Positions 1 through 10,900 of a stretch of 64,000 bases of DNA are shown in pieces. Position 1 is the first letter of the stretch, and every line of letters starts with the position of its first letter. Made by a program: the position numbers and the translations under genes. Source of the DNA: Batkoa obscura (Eukaryota); the NCBI GenBank assembly GCA_030770535.1, contig JASVEC010000002.1:1364001-1428000 (forward strand). Reading direction: 5' to 3'. Below the pieces are notes generated by a model, which had not been told where the DNA came from, searched no databases, and worked only from the letters and a program-made list of their open reading frames with translations.

Positions 1-656
1 TTAAAAGATATTATTTTTTTCATGAAATGTACTGAGGTAGTTTGACTGAATTTGTTATGTAAAAATAATGAAAAAGGACACACTCTATCCATAATAAGAA
101 ATAAAATCATTAACTAAATTTTAACTTAGTGAAGATAAAAAGTTATTCATAAAGGCTGACGTTTCTTGTTTGAAATTTAAATAGAGAAATTCGATGATTT
201 TATGCTTAAAGTAAATAAATATCTGAAAAAAATCAGTTTATTTTGACATTATAAAATCAATATTATAATATTGAGTAATTAGCTATGAGTTAAATATAAG
301 AACTGTTAAAGCTTATTTGATGAATTGATTTCAAATTGAGATTCTTTTTAATTTTTACAATCAGCATTTATATCTAAGTTTTAACAAAATTCGATTCAAT
401 AAAAATAAGTTTAAGTTTCAAAATTTATTTTATAAAATGTTTTTGACAAAAACATTAAATTACAATAAATGTATTTAAATACTTGATATATTTTATTCAA
501 TGAAATAATGATTTTAATCTATCGTCATAATTACTTAATAATTTGATTTTTTATTAATAGTTTTATTATTAAATTTAATAAACCTATTTCACTTAACTAT
601 AGAAATTGTATTTCTAATTAAAAGATTTTTATTAATTCTGTATTAATCAATAAAAA

Positions 657-761
657 TATGGGGATGCATTTTTGTATTTAAGAATTTTACTAATAATTTT
701 TCCACTCAAATAGCGCTTAAAAGATGGAAAAAGTAACGAAGCCAAAAAAAACATTCCCATA
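657..761 (+). mobile_element. ~105-bp MITE-like element, family A (reference copy)
   Basis: TA-TGGGGATG...CATTCCCA-TA terminal inverted repeats around a core (aagaattttactaa...ctcaaatagcgcttaaaa...ggaaaaagtaa.gaagccaaaaaa) that recurs about 21 times in the window. Confidence 0.8.
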
Positions 762-783
762 TTAAGTTTATTAATGACTAAAA

Positions 784-866
784 ATAGAGATGTTTTAAGA
801 ATTTTGCTAACAATTTTCACTCAAATAACGCTTACAAGATGAAAAAAGTAATGAAGCGAAAAAAAC
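784..866 (+). mobile_element. MITE family A, degenerate/truncated copy
   Basis: Core aagaattttgctaacaattttcactcaaataacgcttacaagatgaaaaaagtaatgaagc; right TIR lost. Confidence 0.65.
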
Positions 867-1510
867 TGAATTCAAAGAGCAAACTAGTATTTTTAATAAA
901 GCTTACAAGGTATTGGACAGTTGGAATAAGCAGTTTCATTTATTTGCTATCTAGAATCAGTAGCATACTAAAATATCAAATACGTCATTAATAATATATA
1001 ATTGAAATTTATTTTTGTTTTTTAGATTATTTATTTTTATAGTATTAATATTAGTCTTATATTTTAAACAGTAGTATTGAAACTATTAATAAAATATTAA
1101 TTTATCTGTTTTTTTAAAGACATTATTTCAATAAACTATAAACTTATAAATTATTTAATAGTTACAAAGTTTTGTATAAATATCTTTTATTAATATTAGA
1201 GGATACTCGATTATTATTTTATTCAGCTAATTACCTACTTTTTTTATACTTTATCTATTTTATTTTGATATTATGATATTTAAAACAAGGGCATTAATAA
1301 GATTTATTATTAAAATATTAATTAAAATGTATAATATAAATAGCTTAAATTTTATAAAATAATGGCATATTACAAATCAAACTAGATAAAAGTTTCTTTA
1401 TTAAATTTATTATTACTTCTTTAATTAGTTTTACTATATTGATCTTAGGTTAAAAATTAAATTACTTTTATTTAGATTATAATAAAAACAAATAAAAAAT
1501 ACCTCAGTAA

Positions 1511-1610
1511 TTGGGGATATATTTTTGTGCTTAAGAATTCTACTAACAAATTTTCCGCTTAAATAATACAAAAAGTGGAAAAATAATGAAGTCAAAAAAA
1601 ACACTCCCAA
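1511..1610 (+). mobile_element. MITE family A copy
   Basis: ttggggatat...acactcccaa ends plus shared core. Confidence 0.75.
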
Positions 1611-1841
1611 TTTATAACAAATATTTTTAAACAAATCATATTACTTTTTTTATACTTTATGAACTAAAATTAAGTTTTGTTATAACTTATCAAAATAGAG
1701 AGTTATTGGTCTATAATTGGATTTTAGATTAAATTATTATAAAAATAAAAATAAATACTTTTAGAAAAATTAGTAGTAAATTAATAAAATAAATAAATAT
1801 TTCTTAAATAGTTTAATTTTAACCCAAATATTGAAGAATGA

Positions 1842-1942
1842 TATGAGGGTATTTTTTTTACTTCACTTTTTTCATGTTTTAAGCGCTATTTGAGCAGAAA
1901 AATTGTTAGTAAAATTCTTAAACATAAAAACACATCCTCATA
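1842..1942 (-). mobile_element. MITE family A copy (reverse)
   Basis: tatgagggt...aagcgctatttgag...ttagtaaaattctt...acatcctcata. Confidence 0.75.
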
Positions 1943-3378
1943 TAGGTAATTTATTTCAATATGAAATGAAGTCGTTAAATCGATTATCTTTAATTATTAT
2001 TTATTTTGATTTCAAATTTAAGTAATGATTTCAAAATTGATAAAAACAGCCTTATCTTTTACTGTGTTCTCCTGCATAGACAAGTGTAAAACAGCTATTC
2101 AAATTCTACTACTTTCTTTTATAATAATGAGCCTAACATGAGTTTTTAGGGGATTAATTAATCATCTAATCGGTAGATTAAGGTGGGTTTTAGACATTAT
2201 TCGGGTCGCAATTAAAGCCAAAAAAGATAAAATTAACTTTAAGGAAAAACCTTAATAGAGATAATTAGAATGCTATATAAATATATAAATATATAAATTA
2301 TTTATAATGATGTTATTTAATATATCTATTTTTATTAAAAAAATTAATCCTTGATATTAAGATACAAAATAGCAATGTTAGTTTGGAATTTTAATGAATT
2401 GTATCAAATACAGAACTTAAGTAAACTATAATACATTCTTTTGTCTTTATTCCTCACTACTTTTAAGGTAATAAGGTTATAGTATACTTCAATTATTATA
2501 TCAAATATTTATTTATTTATTTATTGATAATAAAATCTTATATTAAATTAATAAAATAATAAGACAAATAACAATAGTACTTAAAATTAAGTAATAGTAG
2601 TTATAAAAAACATCTCAATAAGTTATGTATATTATTGATTCGAGCTTTTGATTCTACTACATAGTCAAATAAAGTAAAAGGAGACTTTAACATAATTATT
2701 AAAAGCTAAACTAATTTTACAGTTAATTGAAATAAATATTGTCAACAAAATAGAATGATTTTATAAAAATATAACAAATTTACCAATTAGAATAAGTTTG
2801 AAATGTTATTATAATAAAACGTGACAGATGCTCCAAGGCAAACAATATTAAATTAATAACTTGAATTACTAAAATTTAGAGTTATGTTAATTAAAACATA
2901 CCTATAACCGATTTTATAAATGTTTTATAATTTCATTAATAGGTATAACAAACATAGACATGTATAAATAATTTAATAATATACATAAAAAAATTATATT
3001 AGAAGTAATATTATATATATTTATTTAATATTAATTTAAATAAAGAATTATATCATTTGTTTTGATTTTTTATAATACCGGATTTAAAAGTATAATTTAT
3101 TTGTTGCTATAAACTTTGTTAATAAAGGAGTGTAATTGCCATTTTAGATCAAAACTTGTAACTTAATTTTAATAAATTGGTTCTAATAAAATAAAATAAG
3201 CATTGTATTTATATATTGAACTCAACTTTTGATTTGCATACATATAATATTTTAGTCTAATAAAGGTACTAAAAAGGGATATAAATACAGAACAAAGAGC
3301 ATGATGTGTACTTCTTAATTAAACAAAAAAGTCAAAATATATTAAATAGCAGAAGTATTGACGTTAAAGTAGAAGAGA

Positions 3379-4281
3379 ATGATTGACTCTATTTATATAA
3401 TCAGTGTCATATTAGCCATTATAGCCTTAATAATTAGCACCTTTTTAATACTATTTGCATATAGAATCGAGCATAAAGGACAAGATATTCAACTAATTTT
3501 AGCTATTGCATTTGTTGAATATATACCGTTATTTATATTAATAGTGATTTTTATTTTCAATAAAATTACTGGTAAAGAATTTATTGCTACAAACGAAGGC
3601 TGTACCTTCAGTGGTTTTTTTGTAGATCTAGTTCTTTTTTTTGAAATTATACTTAATAGTATATTATCTTTAGAACGTTACTCTAAGTTTAGTAAATCAA
3701 AATGGATCAAATGTATAATCATTTTGTTTCTATTTAATTCATTCTGTTTTGTAACTTTGTTGATTACATGTGCAATAAAACATCAATTTTCAACTATTCC
3801 TTCAGGCTTTGTTTGTTTGCTAAATAAGCGTCAACATATATTGGCTGCGTTCACTTTTTACTTTTCACAATTCAACTGGCTTCTTGGAATCGTTGTTATA
3901 TTATATTGCTATTCCAAAATCTCTAAAGAAGTCATTGGATCATGGAAAATTATTAGTGGGACTAACTATGATCCAACTACATTTGTAAAAAAGAAATCCA
4001 AAAATTATTATAAAGCATTTATAAAAGTTCATTCAGTATTAATTATTTATACCATTTGTATGTTTGGTACAACACTCACTTCCTTTTTAGAAAGCGTTTT
4101 TAGTTACTTTACAGAAAGCTTTATTGAAAAATCCGGTATTATGCATTCTATCTCGGTTATCTTTTTTGCTATTGGTATGGTTGCTAATTCATCAATTATT
4201 TTATTTTTACATACAGGTATTTCAAATGAAGCTGAAAAAGTGATTGAAAAAGTCAAATCTTTATTTTGTAATAATTTATGA
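3379..4281 (+). CDS. Intronless rhodopsin-like (class A-like) 7TM GPCR
   Basis: 300 aa with about 7 hydrophobic segments, Cys at the top of TM3 (EGCTF), SLERY (D/ERY) motif, extracellular-loop Cys (PSGFVC) and YCYSKI at the end of TM5. Confidence 0.75.
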   Translation: MIDSIYIISVILAIIALIISTFLILFAYRIEHKGQDIQLILAIAFVEYIPLFILIVIFIFNKITGKEFIATNEGCTFSGFFVDLVLFFEIILNSILSLERYSKFSKSKWIKCIIILFLFNSFCFVTLLITCAIKHQFSTIPSGFVCLLNKRQHILAAFTFYFSQFNWLLGIVVILYCYSKISKEVIGSWKIISGTNYDPTTFVKKKSKNYYKAFIKVHSVLIIYTICMFGTTLTSFLESVFSYFTESFIEKSGIMHSISVIFFAIGMVANSSIILFLHTGISNEAEKVIEKVKSLFCNNL

Positions 4282-4852
4282 ATAATTTAATAAATATTTC
4301 TTATAATTTAGTTTTAGAAAAATTATGAATCCTTCTTTAATAATAGTTATAATCTGTTTTACAGATATATCTACAACTATATTGAAATAATCAAATCTTT
4401 AAAACTAGGCTTTATTTTTTAAAATTCATTTTAAGTGCAATTTAATATAATCAACAAACCTCAACATGACTATTTAAGGTGAAGAAGATTCAGTAAGCGA
4501 TCATTGTTTTTAATAACGCAAAACAGCTTGTGTAGTGAGTAATCTAAGGTCATAGGAGATTTCCAATATAGACTCTTTGTAAAATGCTTCATCATGGAAA
4601 AATCTAACTGATAATAAATGTAAGTTTATTATAAATTAAATTCATATAATTTTTGAAAAAGAAAATAGTTACAGTAAACTCTAAGTTAAATATAAGCTTA
4701 ATATATGAATAGGTTATTTAGAAAAGGTATAGACCGCTGTTATGTAATAAATAGCAAGATCAGTCTTCTAGCTGTGTTATGCTATGATATAAAAATTATC
4801 GAAAGTATTACGATATAAGGCAGAGTTAGTAAAGAAAGTAATGTAATTAAAT

Positions 4853-4949
4853 AATGTTTTTTTTGGTTTCATTACTTTTCTATTTTTCAAAGACTATTTG
4901 AGTGGAAAGATTCTAATAAAATTCTTGAACAAAAAAACACATCCTCATA
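4853..4949 (-). mobile_element. MITE family A copy (reverse)
   Basis: ttggtttcattacttttc...ctatttgagtggaaa...acatcctcata. Confidence 0.7.
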
Positions 4950-5156
4950 TATTAGATTAGCATTTAGCTGGAATTTTTAATCGTTTTAGAGTAATTTGCC
5001 TTAAATTATTTTAAGCTATATTAAAGAGTATTTTAATATTGAAAAAATAGAAACCTTTTTATAAGTTTAATTTCTCATTAAAAATACTACACAACTATTA
5101 GTAAAAGTTGCTTTAAAAAAGAGAATCAAAGTTATTTATTTTATATAACAGGCTAC

Positions 5157-5356
5157 TATAGCTGTTTATGTTCAAATATGTGGTGTTTTCTCGCATTTAA
5201 GTTGAACAGAATTGAGCATTTTCAATTTGTAATTGCAAAATGTATAAATAGAAAAAATCATTGTAGATAAATTCAGCAATACAAAATTGATAATGCCCAA
5301 TCTACGTTCAACTTAAATACGGGAAAACACCGCATATTTGAGCATAAATAATTGTA
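5157..5356. mobile_element. 200-bp foldback/MITE with ~80-bp imperfect TIRs (family B)
   Basis: Left arm tatagctgtttatgttcaaatatgtggtgttttctcgcatttaagttgaac... is the near reverse complement of ...gttcaacttaaatacgggaaaacaccgcatatttgagcataaataattgta; TA at both ends. Confidence 0.75.
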
Positions 5357-5611
5357 TCATGTCTTTTAAAATAATGCATTTATTATGATTTATGAAATGT
5401 TGAAATAAAAAATGCAGTTAGCTAGTATTTAAGGTATAATATTATAGTAATAAATATCTAAATTATATGATCTTTTAATAAAAGATAACTATTAAATCTT
5501 ATTTTATAATTCTCTTAGCGATAAAGCTTTACAATTTTTCCAAATAATATCACACTTGATAACAAGCATTAGCACTATTATAAAAATTAATTTATTATTT
5601 ATCTATAGTAC

Positions 5612-5706
5612 ATGGGGTGTTTTTGGCTTTATCACTTTTTCCATTTTTTAAGCATTGTTTGAGCGGGAAAATTGCTAGCAAAATTCCAAAAAAACACATC
5701 TCCACA
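5612..5706 (-). mobile_element. MITE family A copy (reverse)
   Basis: atggggtgtttttggcttt...tttgagcgggaaaattgctagcaaaattc...acatctccaca. Confidence 0.7.
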
Positions 5707-5817
5707 TTAAAATAGAACTTTAAAGCAAAATAAATTAAGCAAAGTTAAACGAGGTAATTAACAGCCATACTTACCATTATGTTCATATTCTGATAATAAT
5801 AAATATGTATAAATTAA

Positions 5818-5944
5818 GGGAGATCCCAGGTAGTTACTCCTAAAACTTATCTTGTTTATAAAACACGATAAAAATTTTTTTAAATAAATTTTTGTACTTT
5901 ACTAAATATACTAAGTTTCAGGGGTTAACTACTTAAGACCTTTT
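5818..5944. repeat. Degenerate inverted repeat, ~28-bp arms
   Basis: gatcccaggtagttactcctaaaactta versus reverse complement of taagtttcaggggttaactacttaagacc. Confidence 0.5.
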
Positions 5945-6191
5945 TTAGTGTAAGTATAAAATCGGTTGTTTTATAGAAATTTAGCTTCTTATTTATATAA
6001 AAAACAAATCCTTAATATATAACTATTATTTGCTTATATTATAGAGGCATAAAGGCATAAAAAAGGGGACTAATAGTATATATGGTGGTTTCCGACTTTA
6101 ATAAGTTTATTTATTTTTTTGAAACTGGTTATAATTAAATTACAAAAAAATATTACAAAAGTGTTTTAAATCAGCTATATACAAGTTACTA

Positions 6192-6295
6192 TATGGGGAT
6201 GTGTTTTTATGTTTGAGAATTTTACTACAATCTTTGCACTCAAATAGCGCTTAAAAAAATGGAAAAATAATGAAACTAAAAAAAACAACCCCATA
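6192..6295 (+). mobile_element. MITE family A copy
   Basis: tatggggatgt...ctcaaatagcgcttaaaa...aaccccata. Confidence 0.8.
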
Positions 6296-7452
6296 TCTAG
6301 ATTTACATTGTTTATTCAAATTGTATTTTATTTCATCTACATTTTTATGATTTCATTGTTTATAATACAAAAAGCAATTTAAACAACTTAAGTATATTTT
6401 CTAATTTTTGCATCAAATATTGCATAATCTAAAAAGCAATTTAAAAAATACATTATTGTATTTTTCTCAAGTAAATCTCAGGCTAAAAAAACAAAAAATT
6501 AGAAAAATCAAAAAGTGGGCAATAAAATTATACTTAACATTATTTTATTTTTTAAAATTTTTAATAAGCTGTTAAAGACTATTATTAAAATATAATATTT
6601 CGAAACTATCAATTTTATTTTTAAATACATAACCAACTTTATGAATAACTAAAAAAAGTTTTGTATATCTGGAATAATTATAATAATAATAAATTGAAGT
6701 TTTAATTTTGTTTTAAATGCTTTTTAACTAGGCTAAAAAAATTTATATTAAGGTAAAATCAATATAACTAAATTAATAACTTTAATAAATAATTAATTTT
6801 TTTTTTTAAATTATACAAATATTTGTGTTATTAAATTCAATAAAAATTCAGCTAATTTATAGTATAACTTATAATAAAATAATTTAAAACTGTATTATGT
6901 ATTTTTGCTTTTTAATAAAAAAAATTATTTTTGAAGTACAAAGTACTTGAAAATTGGATGAAAAGATGAAACTAATTTAGATATCCTTATATATTATTAA
7001 TAAAAGTCCCCAGATTAAAAAGACTTTTATTAATATAACTTATGTATTAATACTAATCAAAGTTGTAACATGTAAATAATCATATATATTTATAAAACTT
7101 TATCAAAAAAACAGTTATTATTAACTGTTTTATAAGTCAATATTGTAGATTTAATATCAAATAAATAAATGATATTATAATTATATTACTAAGTTGATAG
7201 GTATACAAAAGGTAATAGTTATTTTTAAAATTATAATTGACCATTTTTATATAATACAAGCAATATAATAATAGTTTTTATTTATTATTATAATTATTTG
7301 CTTTTTGTAAAGCACTACTTTATTAGCTTTATAATTGATTATAACATAATGAATTACTTGACTTGTTTATAAAACTAATTGCAGTTTTATTAATTCAAAA
7401 TTTTATATTTTAATTTACTAAGAATTTTTATCATCTAATTTAAAAAACGTTA

Positions 7453-7852
7453 TGTGAAATCTGGTACTCAGGGTTTGGAGTCAAGAACAGCTATTGCTGG
7501 GTTGACTACACTATAAGTCGAAAGGTCTTAGTTTATGTAACTAAGATAGACTTGGATTATGAGGAATAGCACGTAATAGGTTACAAGCTATATAAGACAA
7601 ATAGAATAGACAATACTAATGTAAAATCTATGTAAAATAATATTAAGAAAACTTAGTGGCTTTATTAAATGTTCGAGATATCAGGGATTAATTCAGTTAA
7701 AAAGCCTCGAACTATTATACTCTGTAAACTCTTTTATACTCTGAAAAGTATAAGTATCAAAATGAGAAGATAATATTCTTTTGGGCGGAACTAGAAATTC
7801 TCATAACAAATCAAAATAATTAACCATGGGACTGACGAAGCGATATTTCACA
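7453..7852 (-). repeat. 3' LTR (400 bp)
   Basis: TG...CA ends with an 8-bp terminal inverted repeat; direct repeat of 14606-15005. Confidence 0.97.
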
Positions 7853-7863
7853 TTTCCCTCCCT
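7853..7863 (-). other. Polypurine tract (PPT)
   Basis: AGGGAGGGAAA on the minus strand directly abutting the 3' LTR. Confidence 0.9.
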
Positions 7864-7949
7864 ATGATTTGATATAGTGAATTTTTATGGCTTACTTACC
7901 GAGAACCTATGAGATGGAATTTGACTAGTTACAAATTGTATTCATTGAA

Positions 7950-10900
7950 TCACATTGCTGATTTGAGAAACTTGGCATGGACTCGGTTATATATAACGCT
8001 TGTTCGTTTATGTTTAATTGAATAGCTATCATACAAGTGTTTATGTATGACTTCATATGGTCCATCCCATTTCAATGCTAATTTATTTTTTCTAGATTGA
8101 TTATAGGAAGGGTACAGATGAACGATATCACCTACTTTGAAGACGGCTAGACGAGGAAGTCGAGAAATATCTTGTCGATACCTCCTTGTTTTCGAGTCTG
8201 TCAATGCATTAAAGGCGTCAACTTGGATAGCTATTAATTTTTTTGTTAGCTTAAGCAAGTACATGTCAGGACTCATCTCTTCTTGTCTAACCATCAAAGG
8301 AGCGAATGATATGGGGAGTCCCGGATGTCTCCCATAAAGCATAACAAAAGGGGATTTTTTGGTAATACTATGTACTGAATATCTATATGCTAAAATAGCA
8401 GAATGTAGATATTCATCCCAAGAGCTAGTTTTATCGAAAGCCAGCTTCCTTAGTATACGTACTAGTGTACCATTTACTCTCTCAACCATTCCGTTAGTTT
8501 CAGGGTGATATGGAGCTGCAGTAGAATGCTTTATGGCCATTAGTCTAGCTAATTTCGGGAGAACCAGGTTAACAAAATTGGCAGCGTTATCAGTAAGTAT
8601 CACCTGAGGGCTTCCATGCCTACAAATAATATCTTCGTATATAAATTTAGATATGTGAAAGGAAGTCTGATTTGGTATTGCTTTAGCTTCAACCCATTTA
8701 GTTAGATGGTCGATAGCTACAACAATAAATTTGTTCCCTCTTACCGAGGAGGCCTCACAGAGAGGACCTATTACATCTATACTTACCGTGTGAAATGCAT
8801 GTTTAGGTAAAATAAACTTATAGGCTGTAGCTTTTATTTTACTTTGTTCCCTCTTGCAAACATCGCAATTATTTATAAAGTCTTCCAAATCTGGTATCAT
8901 TGATTCCCAATAGCAGGAGACTTTCATAGTATCGTATGTTTTTTGGAAGGCTGAATGTCCACAGATTACATCATGGAATTGTTGGCATGCAGATAGTCGT
9001 GAAGAAGGCCTAATATATGGAATATATGTTCCCTTAATCTTTTTATACAAGGCATTATCTCTTACAATGATATTTTGAGCGTTTTTCTCAAGCCATTGTT
9101 TGAGTTCAGGCTGCTGCTGCGGCCATTTATCTTTATTACCCAATAGATTGTACAAATCATCATCTATGGGGGTAGCTAGACAAATTCTGGGCAACCTGCT
9201 AAGCCCATCTGCATTTTGATGATCTTTACCTGGTTTATATACTATATCAAAACTATACGATTGTAGTTTTAGAGCCCACCTAGCTAAACGTCCTTCAGGA
9301 TTAGTGATTGAATACAACCATTTTAGGGAAACATGATCGGTAATAACAGTAAAGTGAGTGCCGTAGATATACGGTCTAAATGCCTTTATAGCATGAATAA
9401 TTGCAAGGCATTCTTTCTCTGTTGTAGTGTAGTTCCTTTCGTGTTTCGACAAGGTCCTAGAGGTATAGGCTATTGGGTGTTCACAATTGTTATCATCGAG
9501 TTGACTTAAAACACCTCCAACTGCAGTTAGACTAGCGTCAGTATGTAGTGAGAAGGGCTTTGAGAAATTTGGAAACATCAATACTGGGGCGTTAAGCAGC
9601 TTGTTGCGAAGCTCTTCAAAAGCTTGTTGGTGTTCTTCCTTCCATTGAAACTTGACTTCTTTCTTTAGTAATTGGAACAGTGGGGTAGCTAAATTCGAAA
9701 AGTCTTTTATAAACCTTCGATAATAATTCATTAATCCAAGGAACACTTGTACCTCCCGCATTGTAGTTGGGGGGAGAAGCTCCTTTACTGCATCTAGTTT
9801 ATTTGGAATAGGGGCTAGTCCTTTGTCAGAGACTTTATAGCCTAGAAATTCCAGACTAGTTTGGAAGAATGAACACTTCTTTGGTTTTAACTTTAGATTG
9901 GCTTGACGGAGGCGCTCAAATACTGCTTTAAGATGAGTTAAGTGATCTACAAAAGTTCTTGAAAACACATTCAAGTCATCTAAGTAAATTAATACACACG
10001 AAAGTTTAAGGTCACCTAGTGTATTATCCATAAGACGCTGGAATGTAGCGGGAGCGTTCGAAAGGCCTTGTGGCATCCTAGTTGGTTGAAATAGTCCTTC
10101 AGAAGTTATTAAAGCGCACTTTTCTTGGTCTTCTGGATCCATTTCTACCTGCCAGTATCCTGAGATTAAATCCATTGCTGAAAAGTATTTAGCACCTTGT
10201 AATCGGTCAACCGCATCGTCTATTCTGGGTAGAGGGTATACATCTTTCTTTGTGATTTTGTTAAGCTTTCTATAGTCCATAACTACTCTATTAGTTCCAT
10301 CTTTTTTCTTAACGATCATAAGGGGGGAGGCCCATGGACTATTTGAAGGAATGATTAAACCTAGCCTTAAGAGTTTTTGAACTTCTTCTCGTTCTGCTTT
10401 GAGTTCAGATTGAGATTTACGATATGCTTTAGTTGCGACGGGTAATGAATCACATGTATATACTTTATGTTTAGTATTGCGAGCGCAACCAATATCTTCT
10501 TCTGAAGTTGCGAATATGTCTTTATATTCCTCCAGCAATTTATAAAATTGGAGTTGCTCATCTTGGTTTAGATGGTTAATAGTGTCTTTTTCCACAAAAA
10601 GGGCTTGGTTATTTGGGGCCTCTTCGTGAATTTGAAATTCTTCTAGTGTTGCAAATTTACTGAAAGTATTAATCAAGGCGTTGTTTTCTACGTATATCGT
10701 GCCAATCTGTTGGCATCTAGAGATATTGATTTCTTTTTTGGTAATGTTTGCAAGTAATAACTTGATAGTCTCATTCATGTTGTTGCCTAAAATTCCGGGC
10801 ATAGTTAGTGGTTCTAATTGTGAGACACCTTCTATACTATATATAGATAAATGGAATTCCTTAGGTATCCATAGTGAGATCTCAGTATCTAATACTATCT

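Noticed and set aside
1434..1634. Short ORFs 1434-1634, 15999-16208, 23376-23642 and 57811-58074, some with similar peptides
   Set aside because: Each overlaps a family A MITE copy; the similarity comes from the repeat, not from a protein family.
6930..7135. Several short palindromes (e.g. tattaataaaagtc/gacttttattaata, aaaacagtta/taactgtttt)
   Set aside because: Arms of 14 bp or less in very AT-rich DNA; not distinguishable from chance without statistics.
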